Assembly: GCA_965224195.1 (NCBI GenBank)
Contig: OZ245040.1
Coordinates: forward strand, 1,312,001 to 1,376,000
Direction of reading: 5' to 3'
Source of the DNA: Nitrosopumilus sp.
GTDB taxonomy: Archaea; Thermoproteota; Nitrososphaeria; Nitrososphaerales; Nitrosopumilaceae
Length of the DNA stretch: 64,000 nucleotides
The notes beneath the pieces are model-generated. The model searched no databases and had not been told where the DNA came from. It worked only from the letters and a program-made list of their open reading frames with translations. This document shows, piece by piece, positions 33,590 through 43,597 of this stretch. Both the position numbers and the translations under genes were made by a program. Positions within the stretch are counted from its first letter, which is position 1. Each line of letters opens with the position of its first letter.

Positions 33590-34436
33590 AACCCGGGATT
33601 CTGGAAATGAAACAATTCAGATGACCAAAAACCCTTCTTTTTCATTAATTTCTACTAACAAAATCATTCAGATGAGTGATATATCAACATCTTATGATTC
33701 AAAGAATTTTGCATTAGAAAAAATTAATCTTTCAATTGATAGGGGTACAAATTATGCTATTGTTGGTCAATCTGGTTCTGGCAAATCCACTTTATTGAAA
33801 TTAATGAACGGTATGATGATTCCAAGTAGTGGAACGATCAAAATTGATTATATTTCCCCCAACATGAACAATAAAAAATTTAAAAAAATGATGCATACTA
33901 TTGGATATATTCCTCAAAGTTTGGGATTGGTTAAAAATATCACAGTACTTGATAATATTTTGATTGGTGCTTTACCTAGATTAAATAAAATACAATCTTT
34001 TTTTAAAAAATTTCCTGAACATGAGATAACTGAAGCTAAAAGAATAATTTCACTTGTTGGACTAACTGGTAAAGAAAATAAACAAACCTACATGTTGAGT
34101 GGTGGTGAAAAGCGTAGAGTTGCTATTGCTAGAGCATTAATGCAAAAACCTACCATTTTACTAGCTGATGAAATTGTTTCAGAACTTGATCATGTTACAG
34201 CAAAAGAAATAATGAATTTAATTACCGATGCTCAAAAAAGAATGAATTTGACTGCCATTATGGTTCATCATGATATGCAATTGGCATTAGAATATGCAAA
34301 TAGGGTTGCGGTAATTCAGGAAGGTCATAAAATTTTAGAAATTGGTGTTGAAGGTGACACTATAGTTGATTTTCAAACAGGGGATATGACTACTGAGGAA
34401 ATAATGGAGATGCATGCTGATGACACCAAAAAATAA
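33549..34436 (+). CDS. phnC: Phosphonate ABC transporter ATPase
   Basis: GQSGSGKS, LSGGEKRRVAIARAL and LADE motifs. Confidence 0.88.
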   Translation: MIRRFLTNMTRANKTRDSGNETIQMTKNPSFSLISTNKIIQMSDISTSYDSKNFALEKINLSIDRGTNYAIVGQSGSGKSTLLKLMNGMMIPSSGTIKIDYISPNMNNKKFKKMMHTIGYIPQSLGLVKNITVLDNILIGALPRLNKIQSFFKKFPEHEITEAKRIISLVGLTGKENKQTYMLSGGEKRRVAIARALMQKPTILLADEIVSELDHVTAKEIMNLITDAQKRMNLTAIMVHHDMQLALEYANRVAVIQEGHKILEIGVEGDTIVDFQTGDMTTEEIMEMHADDTKK

Positions 34437-35220
34437 TATTTTAATCGGTGTTATTGTAGGGCTTATCGTTATTGCATCCTATAATGTCGATGCTAACCCT
34501 TTAGATTTTGTAGATGGTTTTTCTAATCTTGGAATTATTCTTGAAGAAATTCTAGTTTTAGAAAACATTATTGATAATATGAAATATGTCCCAAGTGCTC
34601 TTTTAACAATGCTTGAAACATTACAAATGGCGTTTATTGGAACTGTGATTGGTGTTGTTATTGGATTGCCATTTAGTATGCTTGCTGCACGTAACTTGAA
34701 TAGTAAATTCGTTTATGCTCCAATTAGAACATTATTGGCAATAGTTCGTACATTTCCTTCTATATTGTGGGCTATGTTATTTGTAATTGTAGTGGGGCTT
34801 GGACCATTTGCAGGTGTCTTGGCAATTATTTTGTATACAATTGGATTTGTAACCAAATTACAATTTGAATCAATAGAGACAATTGATTCTGATCCTATGG
34901 ATGCAGTTAGTTCTATTGGTGTTTCAAAATTTCAATTAATTAGATATGTTGTGATTCCTGAGGCTGCCTCTCATCTTCTTGGGCAAATGCTTTACATGTT
35001 TGACTATAATGTACGTCAGAGTGCCATTCTTGGTATTGTTGGTGCCGGAGGTATTGGTTTCTTTATCATCCAATACATCAAATTCTTTGAATATGGGAAA
35101 GCAGCTGTTTATCTCTTTGTTGTGCTAATTGTGGTTTTGGGAATTGAATGGATTAGTGTTAAAATCCGGGACAAGTATATTGTAAAATCTCAACATGGAA
35201 TGAAAGTTACTACAAAATAA
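34414..35220 (+). CDS. phnE: Phosphonate ABC transporter permease
   Basis: ETLQMAFIGT, GLGPFAGVLA and NVRQSAILGIVGAGGIG motifs. Confidence 0.9.
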   Translation: MLMTPKNNILIGVIVGLIVIASYNVDANPLDFVDGFSNLGIILEEILVLENIIDNMKYVPSALLTMLETLQMAFIGTVIGVVIGLPFSMLAARNLNSKFVYAPIRTLLAIVRTFPSILWAMLFVIVVGLGPFAGVLAIILYTIGFVTKLQFESIETIDSDPMDAVSSIGVSKFQLIRYVVIPEAASHLLGQMLYMFDYNVRQSAILGIVGAGGIGFFIIQYIKFFEYGKAAVYLFVVLIVVLGIEWISVKIRDKYIVKSQHGMKVTTK

Positions 35221-35224
35221 TTTT

Positions 35225-36250
35225 CTAGGTAGTAATTTTATCTAATTGATTGGTTTCTGTGGCTGTCTTTATCTCTCTCGCAATTCTTTTCCCCATGCTC
35301 ATGGTCTCATTGAATAGCAGAGAATAGTATGGAGAGCCATCCATGTAGATGTTTGATCCTGCAACTATTCTTGCTGAAAATTCAAAAGATGTGAATTTTG
35401 CATTTTCATCATAAACCCCTTCAATACAAAATGGACCATTCATTCCTGGGGCAACTACTCTTTTAGATGCTTCTACAAAATTTTCTCCCATTTTGTACAC
35501 TTCATCTAATAGAGATTCTCGTAAAACAAGAGGACTATTACCAATAACGTTGAATGATGGAACTTTGTTTGATTTCATTTGTTGCTGGGCGGGGATTCTT
35601 CCCAATCCTTCAATGTCCGATTCATGTCGTTGATCAACTCCAAAGAATTCTAACTCTTCTTTTAATGGAGAATAGAAAAATGTCAAATAAGCTAAAACCC
35701 CTGCTGCATATTCTTGAATGTATAAAGTCTCATCTTTAGAAATTATTCCTTGTGAAATTAGTTGATTCCTTTTTGAATTATAATCTTCTTCGCTTGCTGC
35801 CATAAAGTAACCTTTTCCACCTACGGCTCCTTGTCTTTTTACAATTACTAGTTTTTCAATTTGACTTGGTTCTGTAACTGGCTCGGGCATTGGTAATTTT
35901 GCTTCTCTCATGAGTTTTTCTTTCATTTCTCTGTCTGATTCCCATCTTAGAATCCATTTGTTACCAAAGACCGGAGTTTTGATTGATTCAATTTCTTCAG
36001 AACTCATTTGTGCAACTAATGTTCCGTGAGGTATTATGACTGCATTATTTTCTTCAAGGATTGTTTGACATTTTTGATCTAATACTTCTTTGAATGAATC
36101 TACAATTATCATTTCATCGATAAATGGGAATCTTTTGTATAATTTTTCGCGTTTTTTTTCACACACTAGAATTGTTTTCAATCCTTCATCTTTGGCACCT
36201 TTTAGAACTTGTAATGAACAGTGGGAGCCTAAAGTTGCAATTGAAGTCAT
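35225..36250 (-). CDS. purP: Formate--AICAR ligase (PurP, ATP-grasp)
   Basis: IATLGSHCSLQVLKGAKDEG, GGKGYF and FEFSARIVAG motifs. Confidence 0.92.
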   Translation of the reverse strand: MTSIATLGSHCSLQVLKGAKDEGLKTILVCEKKREKLYKRFPFIDEMIIVDSFKEVLDQKCQTILEENNAVIIPHGTLVAQMSSEEIESIKTPVFGNKWILRWESDREMKEKLMREAKLPMPEPVTEPSQIEKLVIVKRQGAVGGKGYFMAASEEDYNSKRNQLISQGIISKDETLYIQEYAAGVLAYLTFFYSPLKEELEFFGVDQRHESDIEGLGRIPAQQQMKSNKVPSFNVIGNSPLVLRESLLDEVYKMGENFVEASKRVVAPGMNGPFCIEGVYDENAKFTSFEFSARIVAGSNIYMDGSPYYSLLFNETMSMGKRIAREIKTATETNQLDKITT

Positions 36251-36276
36251 TGATATTTTGAGTATGCTATTGTACT

Positions 36277-36311
36277 TTATGAACTATTATGAACTATTAT
36301 GAACTATTATG
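36277..36311. repeat. Tandem repeat of 10-bp TTATGAACTA, 3.5 copies
   Basis: Directly visible between the upstream stop codon and the purP start. Confidence 0.9.
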
Positions 36312-36509
36312 TGCAGTTGTGACATACTGGAATACTTCATCAATTAATTCCACACTCAATTCAGACTTGATATCCTCGGGAATTACCTTTAGCACAAAAT
36401 CATACATTGTCGTATTTTTTGGTAATTCATCTCTTTCTTGAAGTAATGAGAATACTGCAATTCCGTTAGAAATTATTGCTATGATTTTTTCTTTATTTGA
36501 AAGTGTCAT
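36297..36509 (-). CDS. Conserved hypothetical protein
   Basis: 70-aa ORF. Confidence 0.7.
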   Translation of the reverse strand: MTLSNKEKIIAIISNGIAVFSLLQERDELPKNTTMYDFVLKVIPEDIKSELSVELIDEVFQYVTTAHNSS

Positions 36510-36556
36510 GACTTTATGAATAATTATTATAATTTAATATAAATCCGGCTCTAGTG

Positions 36557-36748
36557 CTAAAGGATTGATTTTTTGAATTCTGGATTTTGATAAATCTGAA
36601 CCATTCCTGATCTTTCACTTAATATTTCTAGTTCTATGGCAACATTGTGTTCTTCTGCCTCTTCTCCTACTTGCTGAGATGCGTGGTATCCAACATATGC
36701 TCCTACGATGACAAACATTGCAATAACTAGAAGCATCAGTATGTTCAA
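36557..36748 (-). CDS. Small membrane-anchored protein
   Basis: N-terminal transmembrane segment. Confidence 0.55.
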   Translation of the reverse strand: MNILMLLVIAMFVIVGAYVGYHASQQVGEEAEEHNVAIELEILSERSGMVQIYQNPEFKKSIL

Positions 36749-36860
36749 CTTGTTTTTTTGTGGAATTTAAACTGGCTATAAGCATTATGAAAATTAAGGA
36801 AATGGTTCAATATTTTATATAAAAATTAATTACACCATGATATCTGGAATAAAGTAAATT

Positions 36861-38171
36861 ATGATTGAAACAGAATTAAGAACTTTACGCAGATCTCATT
36901 ATTCTGATGAAATTAACTCCTCTATGGATGGAACTAGGGTCACTGTAATGGGATGGGTTTTGACAATTCGTGGACATGGAAACATTAGTTTTGCTACATT
37001 ACGTGACAAAAATGGTGATCTTTCAATTGTTGCAAAAAAAGGAGATTGCCCTGATGATATTCGCAAAAAAATCTCTTCATTAAAAGCACATTCTTCTATT
37101 GCAATTGTTGGTAATGTCAAGGCATCTGAAAAAGCATCTAGTGGCTATGAAATAATCCCCACGGAATTAAGAGTATTTTCAGATGTTGAAAAAATACCTC
37201 CATTTGAGCCTACTGTGAAAACTGTAAAAAATATTGATACTAGATTAGAAGTAAGACCTATTGATCTTAGACGTGATGTTTTACAACATATTTTCAAAAC
37301 AAGAAGTTTAGTTTTAAAATCAATTAGAGAATATTTTGGAAATCAAAATTTTATTGAAATCAACACTCCTAAAATGATTGTAACAGCTACAGAAGGTGGT
37401 GCTGCATTATTTCCAATTTTCTATTACAACAAAGAAGCATTCTTAGCTCAGAGTCCACAATTATACAAAGAACAATTAACAATGAGTTTTGAAAAAGTTT
37501 TTGAGATTGCACCTATATTTAGAGCAGAACCTTCTAGAACAAATCGCCATTTAGCTGAAGCAATTTCCATTGATTTGGAAGAAGCATTTGTTGATTACAA
37601 TGATGTGATGAATAGAATTGAAGAAATTATCAAAGTTTCTATTCAAACTACTATCGATTATGTGAAAGATAATCATGATTCAGAATTCCCTGCAATCTCA
37701 ATCCCTGACACAATTCCTCGATATACCTATGATGATTTAGTTGATAGAATGCAAAATGCAGGTGCAAAAACAGAATGGGGTGATGATTTGTATCCATCAA
37801 ACCTTAAAAAAATTGGATTAGATGGATTTTATTTCATTACTGATTGGCCTCTTGCACCAAAACCGTTTTACGTAAAAGATAGTAAATCAAACCCTAAAGT
37901 TTCTGAATCATTTGATTTGATGTATGGTGATTTAGAATTATCTTCTGGTAGTACAAGAATTGAAAAACGTGATGAATTAGCTGAGAGAATGAAAAACAAG
38001 GGAATGAAAACTGATGCATTTGAGTATCACTTGGGAGCATTTGATTATGGAGTTCCTCCTCACGCAGGCTGTGGAATAGGTTTAGAGAGGTTGATTATGG
38101 TTTTAACTGGCACTGAAAATATTCGTGATACTACATTTTACCCACGAGATGTGGATAGATTAACTCCGTAG
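36861..38171 (+). CDS. aspS: Non-discriminating aspartate--tRNA(Asp/Asn) ligase
   Basis: OB fold, LAQSPQLYK, FRAE and GIGLER motifs; adjacent to gatCAB. Confidence 0.96.
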   Translation: MIETELRTLRRSHYSDEINSSMDGTRVTVMGWVLTIRGHGNISFATLRDKNGDLSIVAKKGDCPDDIRKKISSLKAHSSIAIVGNVKASEKASSGYEIIPTELRVFSDVEKIPPFEPTVKTVKNIDTRLEVRPIDLRRDVLQHIFKTRSLVLKSIREYFGNQNFIEINTPKMIVTATEGGAALFPIFYYNKEAFLAQSPQLYKEQLTMSFEKVFEIAPIFRAEPSRTNRHLAEAISIDLEEAFVDYNDVMNRIEEIIKVSIQTTIDYVKDNHDSEFPAISIPDTIPRYTYDDLVDRMQNAGAKTEWGDDLYPSNLKKIGLDGFYFITDWPLAPKPFYVKDSKSNPKVSESFDLMYGDLELSSGSTRIEKRDELAERMKNKGMKTDAFEYHLGAFDYGVPPHAGCGIGLERLIMVLTGTENIRDTTFYPRDVDRLTP

Positions 38172-38450
38172 GTGCATGAAATGATAACTGAGGAAGAAAT
38201 AGAGAACGTTTCAAAATTAATGCGAATAGAGATTGATGATCATAAAGAATATGTTGAAAAAGTGCATATGATGATTGATTATTTTGATATTTTAGATTCT
38301 GCAGGAGTTGAATCTGAAGAAATTTCAATGCCCGAAATTTCAATTTCTAAATTAAGAGAAGATAAACATATTCCATTTGATGATAAATTAATAGAAAAAC
38401 TCAATCACTACAAGGGAACATACGTTCGTGCACCAAAGATGTCTTCATGA
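38172..38450 (+). CDS. gatC: Asp/Glu-tRNA amidotransferase subunit C
   Basis: LRED and YVRAPK motifs, operon position; likely start 38181. Confidence 0.88.
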   Translation: MHEMITEEEIENVSKLMRIEIDDHKEYVEKVHMMIDYFDILDSAGVESEEISMPEISISKLREDKHIPFDDKLIEKLNHYKGTYVRAPKMSS

Positions 38451-39892
38451 ATCTAAAAATATCTGCCCTTGATTATGTTCAAGAAGTAAAAACAGGAAAT
38501 ATCTCTGCAGAAGATTTTGTTGCAAAAACTATTGAAAGAATTCAAAGTGTGGATGATAAATTACATGCATTCTTGTCTGTAAATGACGATGCAGTTAATC
38601 AAGCCAGAGTAATTGACAAAAAAATAAAATCTGGTGAAAAAGTTGGAGACTGTTTTGGAATGCCTATATCTGTTAAAGATAACATGTGTATCAAAGATTC
38701 AAAAACTACATGTGCGTCTAAAATGCTTGAGAATTTTGTTGCGCCCTATGATGCAACTGTGATTTCAAAATTAAAACAACAAGATGCAATATTTGTTGGC
38801 AAAGTAAACATGGATGAGTTTGCTATGGGTATTACAACTGAGTTTAGTGCATATGGGCCAAGTAAAAATCCTTGGAATGTGGAATGTGTTCCAGGTGGCT
38901 CATCTGGTGGTAGTGCTGTTTCTGTTAGTGCATTTGAATGTGTAGCATCTCTTGGTTCTGATACTGGTGGTTCTGTGAGAAATCCTGCAAGTTTTTGTTC
39001 TACAGTTGGCTACAAGCCAACCTATGGTTTGATTAGCAGATATGGGTTAATTTCATATGCCAATAGTATTGAACAAATTGGTCCTCTTACAAGAACTGTA
39101 AAAGATACGGCATTCATGCTAAATCTCATTGCAGGAATGGATCCTAATGATAACACAACAATTGATAACAAAAATGAAGACTATCTATCAGGCATAGAAT
39201 CAGGCATAGAAGGTAAAAAAATAGGCATAATCAAAGAGATGATTGGAGAAGGAATTGATCCTGCAGTATTATCTGCAACAAAAGAGGCTGTTGCAAAATT
39301 AGAGGGATTAGGGGCAACATGTGAGGAAATATCTCTTGATATGGTGAAGTATTCTGTTGCAGCATACTATACAATTACTGCAACTGAAGCTGGCAGTAAT
39401 TTGGCAAGATATGATAATATCCGATATGGTTATGATTTCCCATTAGAAGGCTATGAGTTTAATTCATACATTTCCAAGGCCAGACGTAAATTTGGACCTG
39501 AAGTTACAAGAAGAATGATTATCGGTGGATTTGTTCCATCTGCAGGTCATGCTGGAAAATATTTCTTAAAAGCCCAAAAAGTAAAAAGTAAACTTACAAA
39601 AGAAGTTAATGATGCATTTAAGAAATTTGATTTTTTAATTTCTCCAACTGTACCAATTTTACCATTTAAACTAGGTGAAAAGATTGATGATCCTGTATCA
39701 TTATTCTTAGTTGACATTAACACCGTAACTGCAAATCTTACTGGAAAACCTGCAATCTCAATACCATTTGCAAATTCAAACGGATTACCAATTGGAATTC
39801 AATTAATGGCCGATTCAATGCAAGACAAATCATTACTTCAAGCTGCATATGCATTAGAACAAACTGTAAGTTTACCGGAGGTATCAATATGA
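38447..39892 (+). CDS. gatA: Asp/Glu-tRNA amidotransferase subunit A
   Basis: Amidase signature GGSSGGS and GSDTGGSVR. Confidence 0.96.
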   Translation: MNLKISALDYVQEVKTGNISAEDFVAKTIERIQSVDDKLHAFLSVNDDAVNQARVIDKKIKSGEKVGDCFGMPISVKDNMCIKDSKTTCASKMLENFVAPYDATVISKLKQQDAIFVGKVNMDEFAMGITTEFSAYGPSKNPWNVECVPGGSSGGSAVSVSAFECVASLGSDTGGSVRNPASFCSTVGYKPTYGLISRYGLISYANSIEQIGPLTRTVKDTAFMLNLIAGMDPNDNTTIDNKNEDYLSGIESGIEGKKIGIIKEMIGEGIDPAVLSATKEAVAKLEGLGATCEEISLDMVKYSVAAYYTITATEAGSNLARYDNIRYGYDFPLEGYEFNSYISKARRKFGPEVTRRMIIGGFVPSAGHAGKYFLKAQKVKSKLTKEVNDAFKKFDFLISPTVPILPFKLGEKIDDPVSLFLVDINTVTANLTGKPAISIPFANSNGLPIGIQLMADSMQDKSLLQAAYALEQTVSLPEVSI

Positions 39893-41295
39893 CAATGATT
39901 GGATTAGAAATTCACTGTCAATTAACAAACTTGAATAGTAAATTATTTTGTTCATGTAAAGCAAACTATCGGGAATTTGAAATCAATGGAAATATTTGTC
40001 CAGTATGTATGGGATTGCCTGGAAGTTTACCTAGATTAAATCAAGAAGCAGTAAAAAAAGCAACAATAATTGCAATGGCTCTAAACTGTACTACTCCTGA
40101 AAAAATTGCATTTTTTAGAAAAAATTATTTTTATCCTGATTCTCCTAAAAATTTTCAAATCACCCAATTGAACATCTATGGTGATACTAGTGTGGGCGGA
40201 ACTGGCTCTGTAATGATTGGTGACAAAAAAATCAGAATCACAAGAATTCAGCTTGAAGAGGACCCTGGACGACTAATTTATGAAGGAAGTTCATCAAAAA
40301 ATCAGATTACACTTGTAGATTACAATCGTGCTGGGACTCCATTAGTAGAAATTGTTACAGAGCCGGATTTTGAGACTCCTAAAGAAGTAAGAGATTTTCT
40401 AAATATTTTATCAGATATTCTTGTAAATCTTGGTGTTGCTGATCCTAGTTTAGAGGGTGCAATGAGGGCTGATTCAAATGTATCAATTAAAGGCGGTAAA
40501 AAAGTAGAAATAAAAAATATTGGTTCTTTTCATGATTTAGAAAAAGCAGTTCATTTTGAAATTACAAGACAAGAAAGTCTGCATTCTAGAGATATAGAGA
40601 TTGTTCAAGAAACTCGTCATTGGGATGATAGACGAAAAATCACAGTTTCATCACGTTCAAAAGAAGAAGATCTTGACTATAGATATTTCCTGGAAGGGGA
40701 TATTCCTTGGGTACACATTGATTCTGACATTCAAAAAAAATTACAAACTGAAATGCCTGAAAGTATCAGTTCTAAAAAAGAACGATACATTTCAAAATAT
40801 AACATTCCTGCACAAGTATCTGAGGTACTGTCATCTGACAAATATTATTCTGATTTATTTGAAGAGGCCCATACTGAATCAAATGCTAAAGAAGTGGCAA
40901 ATATTATCACAACTGAATTAATGGGCCTAGTTGATACTCGTGAAAAACGAGAAGCATCAAAATTTACATCCACTCATCTGAGAGATCTTGCTGATGCAAT
41001 TCAATCAGGAAAAGTTTCAAGAAACTCGTCTAAAAATGCATTACACGAAATTTTAAAATCTGGTAAAGAATTATCTGCTGTAATTTCAGAACTTGATCTT
41101 GGAAATGTTTCAGATGAATCAGAATTATCTGGAATTATTATAAAAGTAATTTCAGAAGAACCGCAGGCAGTTGAGCAAACCAAATCAAATCCCCAAACTA
41201 TCAACTATTTGGTAGGTAAAGTAATGCAGAAAACTAAAGGAAAAGCTGATCCTGTACTAACTCTTGATATATTGAAAAAACATCTTGGTATTTGA
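39889..41295 (+). CDS. gatB: Asp/Glu-tRNA amidotransferase subunit B
   Basis: IGLEIHCQL, RKNYFYPD, DYNRAGTPL and DYRYF motifs. Confidence 0.96.
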   Translation: MTMIGLEIHCQLTNLNSKLFCSCKANYREFEINGNICPVCMGLPGSLPRLNQEAVKKATIIAMALNCTTPEKIAFFRKNYFYPDSPKNFQITQLNIYGDTSVGGTGSVMIGDKKIRITRIQLEEDPGRLIYEGSSSKNQITLVDYNRAGTPLVEIVTEPDFETPKEVRDFLNILSDILVNLGVADPSLEGAMRADSNVSIKGGKKVEIKNIGSFHDLEKAVHFEITRQESLHSRDIEIVQETRHWDDRRKITVSSRSKEEDLDYRYFLEGDIPWVHIDSDIQKKLQTEMPESISSKKERYISKYNIPAQVSEVLSSDKYYSDLFEEAHTESNAKEVANIITTELMGLVDTREKREASKFTSTHLRDLADAIQSGKVSRNSSKNALHEILKSGKELSAVISELDLGNVSDESELSGIIIKVISEEPQAVEQTKSNPQTINYLVGKVMQKTKGKADPVLTLDILKKHLGI

Positions 41296-41558
41296 TGACT
41301 GAACTATCTTTAGAAAATATTGAATTTATCAAAATTTTAGCAACATCCGATGCCACAATTTTACAAGCTGGGATGAATGATGCTACCCGGCAAAAATTAG
41401 ATGATGAAATAGGCACAATTTTAAGAGAATATTACCGAGAAAATACAATGGGGACTGCAACTAAATGGACTCAAAAACTAGAAGATGTTGGTATTGATGA
41501 AGATGCTGGGAAGGCATCTATTGCTTGTGCAAGGCGATTGGGAATTGATATTTCATAA
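41292..41558 (+). CDS. Conserved hypothetical protein
   Basis: 88-aa ORF coupled to gatB. Confidence 0.75.
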   Translation: MMTELSLENIEFIKILATSDATILQAGMNDATRQKLDDEIGTILREYYRENTMGTATKWTQKLEDVGIDEDAGKASIACARRLGIDIS

Positions 41559-41602
41559 CAAAAAAATCTTTTTACTCTATCCAAGTAGAAAAAAATTAAA
41601 TA

Positions 41603-43528
41603 TTGTCTAAATTTGAATTTATTCCAACTGAAAAACAAATTCAAGAATCTAATATCTACAAATTTATGAAAAAACATGATCTTTCTTCATTGGATGAATT
41701 ATCTCTAAAATCTAAAAATGATCTCGAATGGTTTTGGAAATCTGTAGATGAAGATATTGGAATTGTCTGGGATTCTCCATATGAAAAAATTTTAGATGTT
41801 TCTAAAGGTATTGCATGGTCTAAATGGTTTGTTAACGGTAAAACAAATATCTACAAATCATCAGTAGAAAAATTTGTTAAAAAAACTCCAGATAAAATTG
41901 CATATTATTTTGAATCTGAAGATGGAAAAACATCTCAGATTACTTATTCTGAACTAGATTCTAAAGTTTCAAAACTTGCAAATGGATTAAAATCATTAGG
42001 TATAAGAAAAGGTGATGTAATTGCAATATACTTGCCTATGATTGAGGAGGCCATATTGTCTATTCTTGCTGCCGCAAAAATTGGTGCAATACAAACTATT
42101 GTTTTTTCAGGATATAGTTCTGACTCTTTACATGTGAGATTAAAAGATTGTAATGCCAAAATACTAATTGTATCTGATGGGTTTCATCGTAAAGGGAAAA
42201 TTGTTTCACAAAAAGAATCAATAGAAATTGCATTAAAAGATACTGTAGTTGAAAAGACTATTGTCATCCCATACAAAGGTGTAGATGAATATGTTAAATC
42301 TGAAAATATTGTTTTTTATGATAAACTGGTTTATTCTCAAGATATAATTTGTAAAACTGAAATTTTAGATTCAGAAGATCCTCTTTTCATTTTGTATACC
42401 TCTGGAACCACTGGAAAACCAAAAGGTGTAATTCACACCCATGGCGGTTTTTCTGTATTTGCTGGTCATCAATCTGCATATCTTATTGATACTCAGGCAC
42501 AAGATACCTTGTTTTGGCCTGCTGATATTGGTTGGATTACTGGATTGGTCTGGAATGTTTATGGTCTTTTGATGGTGGGTGCAAGTGCTGTAATTTACGA
42601 TGGGGCATTAGATTTTCCAACATCTGATAGAATTTGGAAGATGTTGTCTGATTATAACGCAACAATTTTTGGAATATCTCCAACTGCTGTAAGATTATTT
42701 AAAAAAAATAATGTTGAACCATTGAAATTATTTTCTTTAGATAAAATCAAAAACATTCCTACTACTGGTGAGCCACTTGATGAAGATTCTTGGTGGTGGC
42801 TGTATGAAAAAGTTGGAAACAAAAAAATCCCCATCATGAATTTGTCTGGTGGTACTGAAATAGGTGGTGCAATGTTATCTGTATTCCCTGGAATGAAATT
42901 AAAATCCTCTACTGTTGGAATACCTGTTCCTGGAATGAATTTGGATGTAGTTGATGATGATCTAAACTCCGTACGAGAGAAAAATGGTTATCTTGTTATA
43001 AAATCCCCCTGGCCTGCAATGACACGTGGTTTACTTAATGATGATAAAAGATATTTGGAAACTTATTGGAATAGATTTGAAAATATTTGGTTTCATGGTG
43101 ATTATGTTTTTGTTGATAAAGATAATCTTTGGTATATGCGTGGAAGAACTGATGATGTAATTAATGTTTCAGGCCATAGAATGAGTACTGTTGAAATTGA
43201 ACACACTGTTATTTCTCACAATAAAATATCTGATGCGGCATCTATTGCTATTTCTGATGATATCACCGGTGAGGCAATTGTAGTGTTTTTTGTAGCAGAT
43301 AAAAAATCTAAAAATATTACCTCTTCCGAAATTTCTGATTATGTCTCTGACAAAATTGGAAAAGTGGCTAGGCCTAAATTTATTTTTCAGTTATCTGATT
43401 TACCGAAAACTAGGACTGGGAAAATTATGCGCAGATTACTAAAATCTAAATTATTGGGAACTGAATTAGGCGATTTGTCTTCTCTTGAAAATGCATATGT
43501 CTTGGATGAAATTGAAAAATTAGGTTGA
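41603..43528 (+). CDS. AMP-forming acetyl/acyl-CoA synthetase
   Basis: YTSGTTGKPKG, DIGWITG, GRTDDVINVSGHR and PKTRTGKIMRR motifs. Confidence 0.92.
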   Translation: MSKFEFIPTEKQIQESNIYKFMKKHDLSSLDELSLKSKNDLEWFWKSVDEDIGIVWDSPYEKILDVSKGIAWSKWFVNGKTNIYKSSVEKFVKKTPDKIAYYFESEDGKTSQITYSELDSKVSKLANGLKSLGIRKGDVIAIYLPMIEEAILSILAAAKIGAIQTIVFSGYSSDSLHVRLKDCNAKILIVSDGFHRKGKIVSQKESIEIALKDTVVEKTIVIPYKGVDEYVKSENIVFYDKLVYSQDIICKTEILDSEDPLFILYTSGTTGKPKGVIHTHGGFSVFAGHQSAYLIDTQAQDTLFWPADIGWITGLVWNVYGLLMVGASAVIYDGALDFPTSDRIWKMLSDYNATIFGISPTAVRLFKKNNVEPLKLFSLDKIKNIPTTGEPLDEDSWWWLYEKVGNKKIPIMNLSGGTEIGGAMLSVFPGMKLKSSTVGIPVPGMNLDVVDDDLNSVREKNGYLVIKSPWPAMTRGLLNDDKRYLETYWNRFENIWFHGDYVFVDKDNLWYMRGRTDDVINVSGHRMSTVEIEHTVISHNKISDAASIAISDDITGEAIVVFFVADKKSKNITSSEISDYVSDKIGKVARPKFIFQLSDLPKTRTGKIMRRLLKSKLLGTELGDLSSLENAYVLDEIEKLG

Positions 43529-43597
43529 TAAAATCTAGCTCTTTGATATTTTCTATTTCACGTTTTATCTATAATTCATTCATGATTAGATACATCA

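Noticed and set aside
39187-39211. 12-bp tandem repeat in gatA (SGIESGIE)
   Set aside because: In frame, two copies, no insert; compatible with ordinary protein sequence.
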